From the NCBI GenBank assembly GCA_000146465.1, contig CP001947.1: 64,000 nt of DNA. One strand, written 5' to 3'. A program made the position numbers and the translations under genes. Shown here piece by piece: positions 27,963-37,051 of the stretch. Each line of letters begins with the position of its first letter. The stretch's first letter is position 1. The notes under the pieces are model-generated. The model saw only the letters and a program-made list of their open reading frames with translations. It made no database searches and was not told the DNA's origin.

Positions 27963-30299
27963 ATGGGGATCAAGGATACGTTTGGAATGGAAGGGATAAG
28001 AAGACTCTTTGAAAGAGGTTCGTTTGTGGAAAATCCCCTGGGCAAGTCATTGATTGTGAAGCATCTTTCGTCTCTGAATTCCAAGAGGCAGATCAAAGGG
28101 GCAAGGAGTCTGGTGAGCAGGATGCAGCGTGGAGAAGATCTCTTTGAGCTCTGTAATGATGTCATCAAGGCGATGGACACAAGAGATCCCGAGCTCAAGA
28201 GAATGCTCAACCTGTATCTGGTGAAGTATGTGCAAGGATGGCCTGCAAAGCAACTGATATGTATCAACACCGTACTGAAGGATCTTGGAGACGTAAATAG
28301 CGAAATGCGACATTGTGCAATTCAAGATAGTGGGCTGCTAGGAGACGGAGCAGTGATCAAAAACTATGTTAATCCTCTCAAGGAGCATGGGGTTAGTGCG
28401 CTGCCTGAGACAAGAAGGAAGGTAGCAGACTCATTGAGGAACTATTTCAGGAAAGATCCCCGTTTGTTCCATGACGAAGACCTTTGCGATCTACTGAGAG
28501 ACTTGGTGTTTGACGAGGATGCAGGTGTGTGTGCATCTGCACTAAATAGCGTTCAAGCCATAGAGAAGGAGACAAGAGTCCTTTCTACCAAAGACATCTA
28601 TATCCTCTTTGGAAAGGCCATTAAGACAGGAAACAGGGAAATCCTTGGAAGTCTTCTGGAAGTGATGAATAACAGAGCAGAGGACTTCCTTGATGCTGCT
28701 CCATTGGTTCCATTGTTGAGATCGTGTAGCCTTCGGATATTCCGTCAGGCATCTGATCTGGCCATTTCTATCGATCCCTCTTACAGGCAAATTGTGTTTG
28801 ATCACCTCAAAGGGTTTCTTAATTCAAAGGACGAGGAGTTGTATCTTGTACTTGACTATGCCGAGTCTCTTCTTGATCATGTGAAGTACGACAATTCATG
28901 CTTTGCCATCTACCACAGCGACAGGAAATACAATAAGATAAAGAAGCTTAAGATTCTATTCAAAAGGCTGGATAGCATCTCTGTGTCGGAAATAAAGAAC
29001 CAATGCAGAGATGAAGAACTTCTTGGAGTGATTTTGAAGGAGTCTCTTATTGCAGACTATCTTATAGAGGAGCCGTTCAAATACATACGCAAGGCAGATG
29101 AAATAATAAGAGTTCTGTACAGTGAAGATGCTATTTCAGAAAAATGGTCGGGACTGATTGAAAAATTCTTGATGAGTGCGAGGGAAGTGCAGGAAAGGCA
29201 GAAGTATATCTATCTCTGTGGGAGATATGTCCACGAGATTCCTTCAGAAGTTATAAGAATCCAAAGTCTGTACATTCCTTCTCTAGTCAACGAGACGGCC
29301 AGGTTTTATCTTAGCCTCCATAGAAGAGGAGTGGTAAATCTGGAAGAGACCCTAGGGCACCTCCGTCTGGTACAGAAGAGCCCAAAGGACAGAATCCGAG
29401 CAGTGATCAATGAACTGAAGACCCGGGGAATAGGAGTGTTTTCAGCATTTTGTGACATCAAAAAGCGGGATCTGAACAGCACTAAAGCCTGTAGATCTGT
29501 TGGGATAAAGTATGAGGAAAAGACCACTTCGATACTCGATGGCAAGCCATACTATGGACTAAGTGAAGATGGATTTCTAAGGGAAAATTCTGGAGAAGCA
29601 TTGGAGAAGTTCCGCGAAGAGGAGAAATCTCTACGTGAAGAATGCTCTTCTCTTGAAAGAGGAGAGACACAAACAACCGAGCTCTCTTCTGCAGGAGAGA
29701 GTAGTCCATTTCCAGGAAATGGCTCACAATGTCCAGCTCTGTTCTTGGGCAAGGAAGACGAGGAAAATGTTTGGCTGAGGTTTGCTGAATCTCATCGTCC
29801 TGTTGAAGGTAAGAGGGCCAAAGAGAAGGAATCCACCAGGCTGATAGACACCCTTGGGCTAAAAGGGATTCTTGCCATTGCTGGTGAAGAGGTTATACTT
29901 CAAGTGGATGTGCTAGAAAGTCCATTGGTTATTTATTACAGGTGTAAGGGGCGACTCAACAGTATCAAAATAGACGGCGAAGGGACTTTTTCTCTTTTCA
30001 CAATAGGTCTTCCAGTAATCAACTCGGAGTTCAGCCTAACAATAGGAAAGTCCAACTACGAAATCTACCTGGGAATCAGAAGCTTGATGAATCCATTTGA
30101 GTGCTCGAAGGATGAGTTTGAAAGGAAATTCCATGAGCTCAGAGACCACATACTCCTAGGGGAAATCGACACTGGGAAGGCATATGCCGTCGACAACCAT
30201 CGGTTCTCATTTTCTGTCCTTGGCTCAAAATTCTACGGAAAGCATCTCAATGGACAGGCAATCCTCAAAGGCCCGAGGAAGCTGTTGGGACTCTTTTAA
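27963..30299 (+). CDS. adaptor-protein complex large subunit (adaptin N-terminal domain, beta-adaptin-like)
   Basis: KRMLNLYLVKYVQGWPAKQLICINTVLKDLGDVNSEMRHCAIQ and LCDLLRDLVFDEDAGVCASALNSVQAI align to the beta-adaptin HEAT region; ORF-track start 27939 is TTG, first ATG about 27963. Confidence 0.65.
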   Translation: MGIKDTFGMEGIRRLFERGSFVENPLGKSLIVKHLSSLNSKRQIKGARSLVSRMQRGEDLFELCNDVIKAMDTRDPELKRMLNLYLVKYVQGWPAKQLICINTVLKDLGDVNSEMRHCAIQDSGLLGDGAVIKNYVNPLKEHGVSALPETRRKVADSLRNYFRKDPRLFHDEDLCDLLRDLVFDEDAGVCASALNSVQAIEKETRVLSTKDIYILFGKAIKTGNREILGSLLEVMNNRAEDFLDAAPLVPLLRSCSLRIFRQASDLAISIDPSYRQIVFDHLKGFLNSKDEELYLVLDYAESLLDHVKYDNSCFAIYHSDRKYNKIKKLKILFKRLDSISVSEIKNQCRDEELLGVILKESLIADYLIEEPFKYIRKADEIIRVLYSEDAISEKWSGLIEKFLMSAREVQERQKYIYLCGRYVHEIPSEVIRIQSLYIPSLVNETARFYLSLHRRGVVNLEETLGHLRLVQKSPKDRIRAVINELKTRGIGVFSAFCDIKKRDLNSTKACRSVGIKYEEKTTSILDGKPYYGLSEDGFLRENSGEALEKFREEEKSLREECSSLERGETQTTELSSAGESSPFPGNGSQCPALFLGKEDEENVWLRFAESHRPVEGKRAKEKESTRLIDTLGLKGILAIAGEEVILQVDVLESPLVIYYRCKGRLNSIKIDGEGTFSLFTIGLPVINSEFSLTIGKSNYEIYLGIRSLMNPFECSKDEFERKFHELRDHILLGEIDTGKAYAVDNHRFSFSVLGSKFYGKHLNGQAILKGPRKLLGLF

Positions 30300-30518
30300 A
30301 TATATCGAATAAACAGGTAAGAGATAAAGAATTTATTCCCAGTAAATCCAGGTTCTGTCTTAGTGGCATTGGAAATGCCCTTCCACCCGATACCACGTGG
30401 AGGTGCAGAGATACATCAGGCACGAAGTCAGATTTTGCTACATCGTCAGTTTTCAGTCTGGGGCGGCAAATATCATCACTCTCCGGGGGTAACAAATACA
30501 AATGTTTTATATAGACAA

Positions 30519-32339
30519 CTATTTATTACCAAGCTTACCCATCACTGATCTTAACGTTTTGCCATGGCGTTTATTTGTTCCTCCCTTTCTCAAGTACTCG
30601 TGGCAGAGGTCTCGAAGCTCCTTGCTTCTTCCCAGAACCTTGGCCATCGAGTCGGAATCAAGATATGCAATCATCTCGGTTGCCGGTGCCCCAATCATCT
30701 CAAAGCACTTTATCACACCCTCCACCATCTCCTCCTGCTTCCATATGTTTCTTCTAACTACCCTGGATAGAAACGAAACAACAAAGTTCTTCAGATTGGG
30801 AAATTTCACCAAGGTTTGGAGTAGAGTCCTCACTATCAGCACAGGCAGCTCCTTCTCCAGGGTTGTTAGTGTAAACAGAAAGTCGCTCTCTCCAAACTTC
30901 GAGGATTTGAAGCAGAGATCGAGAATCCGGATGGCTTTTGAGACTTCTGGAATTCTGTGTACAAAGATCAGAAGTTCCGAACACTCCATAATTCTCAGAA
31001 ATACATTTAGAGACTCACTGTCAACAACATAGTCGGGAATATACTTGTACACGTCAGACTTCTCCAAATACGGTAGGAGGGCATACATAAAACGGCTGTC
31101 CTCGAGGTAATTATCTAACAGATATATTCGGAGCTGGCCCTTGACCGCTCTCCTTCGAAGGATCGTTTGTATCAGACTTTCCTTCTTCGGCCCATCCTCC
31201 AAAGACTTGACAAGATCAACCACTACCGTATCTTCCTTCTCTTTCAGAAGGTCAACAAAGCTATTCATCCCCTCCTGGGACTCGACCGACTCCAGAGTAA
31301 GAGCCAAGGCCTGGTCGTTGGACTTGGAGATCTCAATCAGCTCCTGATCGCTTAGCCGGAAGTAGGAGGCATAGTCCTTAAGAGCCCCATAATTCTCCTT
31401 GAAAACCTCCAAGAGGCCTTCTCTTCCTATCGCTACCTTTTCCTCGGAAATCATTTCCACAATCTCCTTAACATGTGTCTCCCTTTCTCTAATCACATAG
31501 CTCAGCACATCCACTGACTCGTCCGTTATCTTCGGTATAATCCTCTTCACATCGAGCTCGACAAGGCATTTTATAACATCCAGCTTAAAGTACTGCTTGT
31601 TCTCGAGAATTATATCAACCATCGACTTGTAGACCTCTTTGTTCAGGAGATATGCATACAGGAAAAACGAAAGGCTGTATCTCTCGTTTTTTCTTATAAA
31701 CATCAAGGTCTCTAGTGAGTCTTCAACACTCAGCGTCCTTACAATTCTTGAAATCCCCTTGTCTACCGCTCCCGGGTCTCTTATCTTCCCAATAAGGCTA
31801 AAGGCCTCAGAAACAGGGCTTGGGAACTCCTCTTCCTTCTTCTCGTGGAAATATGTCTGGACCGTATTCTCAATCTCAATGTTGCTGCTCTTCACAAGCG
31901 TCTCAAAAACCAAATCAATAAGAAATCTAAAGGGATCAAACTCCTTCCTTGCCTCCTCTCCTCCCCTTCTTTCCCGTGTCTCTGTAAAGTCAAACAGCTT
32001 CATCTCAGGGACAAACCGGTTGAGTGTGCTTGGAATTCTCTTCAATATTCTTTTGTTCAACATGTGCACATGATAGTTCAATGACCTCTGTGCATACCGA
32101 GGACACTTTATCCCTCTACTTTGTGCATGGCGCAGATATGCAAGAAGAGCCACAGCACTTCTCCTGTCTAATATTTTCGAGACTGTACAGAAGAAGTATA
32201 TCACCTCCATCGGGCTCATGTTCTTAAGATAGAAGATAAGAAAGGTCAGGCCTTCTTCAGAAGGCCTCTCGACAAGATGATGTCTTATCTTTTCCATCAA
32301 CAAGGCCTTTGAGAATCCAATCTTAAAACCAGTTTCCAA
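30519..32339 (-). CDS. hypothetical HEAT/ARM-like helical repeat protein
   Basis: 606 aa, all-helical composition. Confidence 0.5.
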   Translation of the reverse strand: METGFKIGFSKALLMEKIRHHLVERPSEEGLTFLIFYLKNMSPMEVIYFFCTVSKILDRRSAVALLAYLRHAQSRGIKCPRYAQRSLNYHVHMLNKRILKRIPSTLNRFVPEMKLFDFTETRERRGGEEARKEFDPFRFLIDLVFETLVKSSNIEIENTVQTYFHEKKEEEFPSPVSEAFSLIGKIRDPGAVDKGISRIVRTLSVEDSLETLMFIRKNERYSLSFFLYAYLLNKEVYKSMVDIILENKQYFKLDVIKCLVELDVKRIIPKITDESVDVLSYVIRERETHVKEIVEMISEEKVAIGREGLLEVFKENYGALKDYASYFRLSDQELIEISKSNDQALALTLESVESQEGMNSFVDLLKEKEDTVVVDLVKSLEDGPKKESLIQTILRRRAVKGQLRIYLLDNYLEDSRFMYALLPYLEKSDVYKYIPDYVVDSESLNVFLRIMECSELLIFVHRIPEVSKAIRILDLCFKSSKFGESDFLFTLTTLEKELPVLIVRTLLQTLVKFPNLKNFVVSFLSRVVRRNIWKQEEMVEGVIKCFEMIGAPATEMIAYLDSDSMAKVLGRSKELRDLCHEYLRKGGTNKRHGKTLRSVMGKLGNK

Positions 32340-32370
32340 GAAAACTAAAAGAACAAGCCAAAACCATTTA

Positions 32371-33792
32371 CTAAGGGTAGAGTCTGCTTGGGTCCCTGGG
32401 GAACAGCGAGAAGCATCTTATGTCCCCCATTCCAAAATATGCCTTCATCACCCTCTCAAGTCCAATCCCACATCCCCCGTGGGGTGGAACCCCATATTTG
32501 AACGACTCCAAATATCCTCCAAGAGAAGATGGAGATATCCCATGCTCCGAAACATACCTGACCAAGTCCTCATAGACATTTACTCTCTGTGCTCCAGATA
32601 AAATCTCCTCTCCCCGTAAAATAAAGTCGTACGACCTTGTTATTCCTTTCTCCTCATTTCTGTATGTGTAGAACGGTCTTGCAGATATCGGATAATCCTT
32701 TATCACAAAGATGTCGACATCATGTATCCTCTTCACTATCGATCCCAGTCTCTTCTCGTTTTCACTGTTGAAGTCATCTCCATATCCCATCTCAACACCC
32801 TCGCCCAAAAGAAGATCTACACATTCCCTGTGCGTCAGAACAACAGGCTCCCGATTATACTTGACATCTTCAAATCGATGGAAAGACCTTATTGTATCCA
32901 GCTCTTCGCTGTACTCCTTTTTCAAATTGTCGAAGATGCTTACAAACATAGAGTGGATGAACTTGATCACATCGTTATAGTCTGTGGATATCTCCATCTC
33001 CATGTCAAGCCCAACAAACTCACTTAGATATCTGTTGATGTTGGACTCCTCTGCACGATACACATGCCCTATCTCATACACCCTTTTGAGTCCTCCTGCA
33101 ACAGCCATCTGCTTGTACAGCTGAGGACTCTGAGCCATGAACGCCTTTTTCTTGAAGTAGTCCACACTGAAGAGATTTGCCCCTCCTTCGCTCGAGCTTC
33201 CAATCAGCTTCGGTGTCTTTATCTCTACAAATCCGTTTCTACGGAGATAGTCCCTGAAGAAGAACATCACCCCATCAATCACCCGAAAGGTGGCTCTTGT
33301 CTGCGGTGCTCGAAGATCCAGGGATCTGTTGTCCAGTCGGATGTGGTATGCAACGCTTTGGAGTGTTGGGTTTTTTTCCCGTTCCTCAATCGTTGCAGAA
33401 ACATCCTTCATGGTGAATGGAAGGTTTTTGTCTGCCATGCTGAGAACAGAAAATCCGAGGATGCGGATCTCCACATCCTTCTTGCTACATCCAGATATTT
33501 CTGTCTCCTGCTTGACAACCCTTCCCTTTACTTCAATATAGGACTCGTGCGCCACCTTCTTGAGAGAGTTGAACTCCTCTATAGACAGATCCCCTTTCCC
33601 ATCCTTGGGTCTCTCGCACATGCACTGGACTGTACATCCATTGTCTCGCAGGACTATGAAGATATACTTGCCTGTGCAAGAGGACTTGAGAACAAACCCT
33701 CGGACAATCACGTGTCTTCCGTCAAGGTCTCCGCTCAGGTCCTTGATTTCACTTACTCCGCTTATGGAAATCTTGGAAAGTTGGTCTTCCAT
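32371..33792 (-). CDS. aspartyl-tRNA synthetase (class IIb)
   Basis: Class II motifs including the C-terminal GGCGIGLERVMKAYFGMGDIRCFSLFPRDPSRLYP. Confidence 0.9.
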   Translation of the reverse strand: MEDQLSKISISGVSEIKDLSGDLDGRHVIVRGFVLKSSCTGKYIFIVLRDNGCTVQCMCERPKDGKGDLSIEEFNSLKKVAHESYIEVKGRVVKQETEISGCSKKDVEIRILGFSVLSMADKNLPFTMKDVSATIEEREKNPTLQSVAYHIRLDNRSLDLRAPQTRATFRVIDGVMFFFRDYLRRNGFVEIKTPKLIGSSSEGGANLFSVDYFKKKAFMAQSPQLYKQMAVAGGLKRVYEIGHVYRAEESNINRYLSEFVGLDMEMEISTDYNDVIKFIHSMFVSIFDNLKKEYSEELDTIRSFHRFEDVKYNREPVVLTHRECVDLLLGEGVEMGYGDDFNSENEKRLGSIVKRIHDVDIFVIKDYPISARPFYTYRNEEKGITRSYDFILRGEEILSGAQRVNVYEDLVRYVSEHGISPSSLGGYLESFKYGVPPHGGCGIGLERVMKAYFGMGDIRCFSLFPRDPSRLYP

Positions 33793-33967
33793 GGAAGGGT
33801 TGAAAATTCAACCTCTTTCTTCCCCAAAGCTCCAACTTAGTTCTTGGCCAGAACAGAAATTGGCCCGGCAACTCAGGACTGGTGATATCGGCTGGTTTAG
33901 GAGTCTTTTGTCCATTAAGGGGAAGAAAGGAGAAAAAAGTATAAGTATGGAAAAATGAAAGCTACCA

Positions 33968-34732
33968 ATGCAAGAGAACAAGACATCAGAAGAACTCAAG
34001 AAGAGACATATTCCTCTGGATTTCATCCTAAGTATAATCAACTTTTTCGTTGCTGCTGTACAGCTGGGGTATGGAAAGTTTAAAGGGGACCAAAGTAAGG
34101 ATAGCGGGTTTAGCAAGTATTCTAAATTTATAACTGCTATAGTTCTTCTGATTCCCATATTCAAGATCTTTTACCAGCTGAGTAGATTCAGAAGAGAGTG
34201 TGGAGTCAAGAAGATGAATCGAATTAAGATTCTTTGTATGGTTGCGTATTTGCTGGTCCTTTCTGCAGCAATTGTATTGCTTTTTAAAGATTCACCCAGT
34301 TTCTCCCTGGAAACCCAAGGTATGATGGTAGCTCAAGCATCACTTTTGGGAATGGTCATTTCGTCCTTGCTGATAAATTACAAGAATCTCCAAAAAGGAA
34401 ACTACATAGACTACTTCATCATATTGGCTTCTCTTGCCTTTGCAGCCAGGCTCGTAGCTCTCTTTCCTCCTTTCAAAGTCTATGGTATAGTGGTGGCAAT
34501 ATCCGAATGGGCCTCCATAGCTATTGCACTTGTTCTCCCTGTCCTCCAAAGCCTCCTCTATCCCGAAATCATCTCCTTACCGATCTCTTCAGAGGACTTT
34601 GCTATGCTAAATGCCTTGAATGCAGCTATTCTTATTCTTGGAGCAGGGATAGTAGCATCTCCTTACATCCAGAATTGGTACTCCAAATTTAGAAAGGATG
34701 GAAATGGCACTCAAAAAATACCAGCAAAGTAG
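33968..34732 (+). CDS. hypothetical multipass membrane protein
   Basis: 254 aa with 5-6 hydrophobic helices. Confidence 0.5.
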   Translation: MQENKTSEELKKRHIPLDFILSIINFFVAAVQLGYGKFKGDQSKDSGFSKYSKFITAIVLLIPIFKIFYQLSRFRRECGVKKMNRIKILCMVAYLLVLSAAIVLLFKDSPSFSLETQGMMVAQASLLGMVISSLLINYKNLQKGNYIDYFIILASLAFAARLVALFPPFKVYGIVVAISEWASIAIALVLPVLQSLLYPEIISLPISSEDFAMLNALNAAILILGAGIVASPYIQNWYSKFRKDGNGTQKIPAK

Positions 34733-34903
34733 CAAGCAGCGTTCGAACACCAAGTTAAAGTCCCCAATAAAAGGCCATCATTGCAATGAATATAACGATA
34801 ATTAGACAAACTTTCGATCCAAAACATTTTAATTGGAACAAAGAACACAGTGATATCAATCGTAGAATCTGGTATAGAAACAATTTAATAAAGGACGTAC
34901 CAA

Positions 34904-35272
34904 CTATTCAATTTCTGCAAACATCTCATCAATGTCATCAATTTCTTCGTCGCATCTAATGCCACCTGCTAGATAATGAATCCTCGAGGAAAGCCCCAGG
35001 ACAATCAGTGTGTATCCAATCAGGTGTCCCTCTGGAATGTTTGATGTCCCCAGGACATAAAGTTCCTCAGCTACCCGACGTATCTTGTCTCTTTTACTTC
35101 TGGATTTGTCGAGTAGGAACAGATTCCCAAGCCTCTTTAGATGAACAAGCTCCCTAAACAGCCTTGATCCTCGATGTCCATTCTTGGACTTGTATACAAC
35201 CATCTCTAAAATTTTCAACTCTTCTGCCAGCTCCTGACTATTATCTCTTGCCTTCTGTGTCTTTAAGGCCAT
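34904..35272 (-). CDS. small hypothetical protein (122 aa)
   Basis: ATG with CCCC upstream; no confident family assignment. Confidence 0.4.
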   Translation of the reverse strand: MALKTQKARDNSQELAEELKILEMVVYKSKNGHRGSRLFRELVHLKRLGNLFLLDKSRSKRDKIRRVAEELYVLGTSNIPEGHLIGYTLIVLGLSSRIHYLAGGIRCDEEIDDIDEMFAEIE

Positions 35273-35323
35273 TCCAACCAGGGGTCCCCAACCCTGGCCT
35301 TCAACCCACGTTCTTCAGGATAA

Positions 35324-37000
35324 TCAGTTGCATTTCTTAATGTTGAACTGCCACAGATTCCCAAGCTGGGAGGTCGCTCCTACGTTCTTCAGCTGATTGC
35401 TTCCAATCCCTAAGGATTCAAGGACATTCAGCTTCGACAGAAGCTTGGGCCACACATACTCGTCGATCGTTCCTCTTGCAACCAAGTATATGATATCCAC
35501 ACTGTTCTTCTGCCCTATCCTATGTATTCTATCTTCGGCTTGTAGAAGAACTCCGGGATTCCAATACAGCTCTGCAAACACCACTGCTCTTCCTGCAGTA
35601 AGAGTAAGCCCCGTACTGCATGCCGTGATACTCAAAAGTGCAGTTTTTATCTCTTCGTTCTCCTGAAAGCTTTTGACCAGCATGTGCCTGTTACTGCTAG
35701 GTGTCGATCCGTCAATCCGAATAATCGAAACTCCTTTTTCTCTGAGAAACTCTTCAAGTCCATCCATCATCTCGACATGGTGGCAAAAGATGATGAACTT
35801 CATGTCTTTTTCTACGATCGTTGATATATACTGTTTTACCTGGTCTATCTTCAGTTTAACCGCTTCTCTGTACTGTGCAACCACATTCGTGTCTACATTC
35901 TCCCCCACAAGCTCTTTTGCCGGATCCCTTTGCTTTCCTTTGCATTGCAAAACAACCTGCCTTCGGAACTTGGGAGGTAGTTGGCTTAGCACCTCGTCCT
36001 TTGTTCTTCTGATCATCAGACATTTCTTCAAGATGTAATGAAGTTCCTCTGCATTGCTGCAACCCTTGTAGTCATACCACTGCCCAACCTTTCTACCGTT
36101 ACAGTACCTGGCTCCATACTCGGCAAACCGTGGAAAGATCGTTCTGTCGATAGACGATATTATGGGGTAAAGCTCCAATGGCCTACTCACTGCAGGTGTT
36201 CCCGAGAGTAGGAGCGCCCTAGATGCCCTCTGCAACAACGGAACTATTGCCTTTGTTCTCTTGGTATTCATACTCTTGAGATAATGGCACTCATCAGCAA
36301 TTACAACACCTGCTTTGCTCCCAAGTAGTACAGATCCATTGCTAGAGGCCATCTCGTAACTTACAATCCCAACCACTTGCCCAAAATCCTCCTTTCTCCT
36401 CATCACAACTGCATCTTCTCCTAAGAATCTTCTACAGGCATCTGCCCAGTCTTCAAGTAAAGATGCAGGAGCAATGATTAGAAGAGGCCATTCAGACCGG
36501 TAGTAGTATGAAACTGCAAGTGCCTGGATGGTCTTTCCTAGCCCCATGTCGTCTGCAACAATTATTCTTCCCCCTTGTCGAAGAGCGTACTGCACTCCTT
36601 CCCTTTGGAATGGAAGGAGCATGCCGTATATATCTCCCAGAAGTTCAAACTCCTGGCTGTCCGTCTCTTTCTTGGCAATCCTCAATGTCCCCTTTGGAAT
36701 ATCATCAAATACAAGTCCGTTTCTCCTCAATCCTCCCTTCACGGCCATATAGTCCTTCACACTTATCCTCCACTCGTTACTGCTAACATCATACACGCTT
36801 TCATCCAACCTGCTCAGTTCTGTAGACAATCTCTTGTTCGACGGCTTCAGCACAACCTTTCCATCTCCATTCACATAAACCTTTATCTTCGTTATCTTCA
36901 TACTTTCCTTCCCCTCGCTCTTCTTCTCCTCTTTGCTCCTCTCAGACATCCGAAGTTTGGCCTCAATTGCTCTTTCCCATCTCTCCTCTCCCATCCTCAA
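35324..37000 (-). CDS. SNF2-family DNA-dependent ATPase (small, SMARCAL1/HARP-like)
   Basis: Helicase motif I ADDMGLGKT, DECH box, and C-terminal helicase motifs (LLSITACSTGLTLTAGRAVVFAE, EDRIHRIGQ). Confidence 0.75.
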   Translation of the reverse strand: MRMGEERWERAIEAKLRMSERSKEEKKSEGKESMKITKIKVYVNGDGKVVLKPSNKRLSTELSRLDESVYDVSSNEWRISVKDYMAVKGGLRRNGLVFDDIPKGTLRIAKKETDSQEFELLGDIYGMLLPFQREGVQYALRQGGRIIVADDMGLGKTIQALAVSYYYRSEWPLLIIAPASLLEDWADACRRFLGEDAVVMRRKEDFGQVVGIVSYEMASSNGSVLLGSKAGVVIADECHYLKSMNTKRTKAIVPLLQRASRALLLSGTPAVSRPLELYPIISSIDRTIFPRFAEYGARYCNGRKVGQWYDYKGCSNAEELHYILKKCLMIRRTKDEVLSQLPPKFRRQVVLQCKGKQRDPAKELVGENVDTNVVAQYREAVKLKIDQVKQYISTIVEKDMKFIIFCHHVEMMDGLEEFLREKGVSIIRIDGSTPSSNRHMLVKSFQENEEIKTALLSITACSTGLTLTAGRAVVFAELYWNPGVLLQAEDRIHRIGQKNSVDIIYLVARGTIDEYVWPKLLSKLNVLESLGIGSNQLKNVGATSQLGNLWQFNIKKCN

Positions 37001-37051
37001 ACCCTATGCCCAAAAGAATAAATAGCTAAGACTCCTCTTTATTAACAAAAA

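Noticed and set aside
30311-30340. gtaagagataaagaatttattcccag, intron-like
   Set aside because: Lies 3' of the adaptin gene stop in a convergent intergenic region, has no TAATTTT element, and rescues no reading frame.
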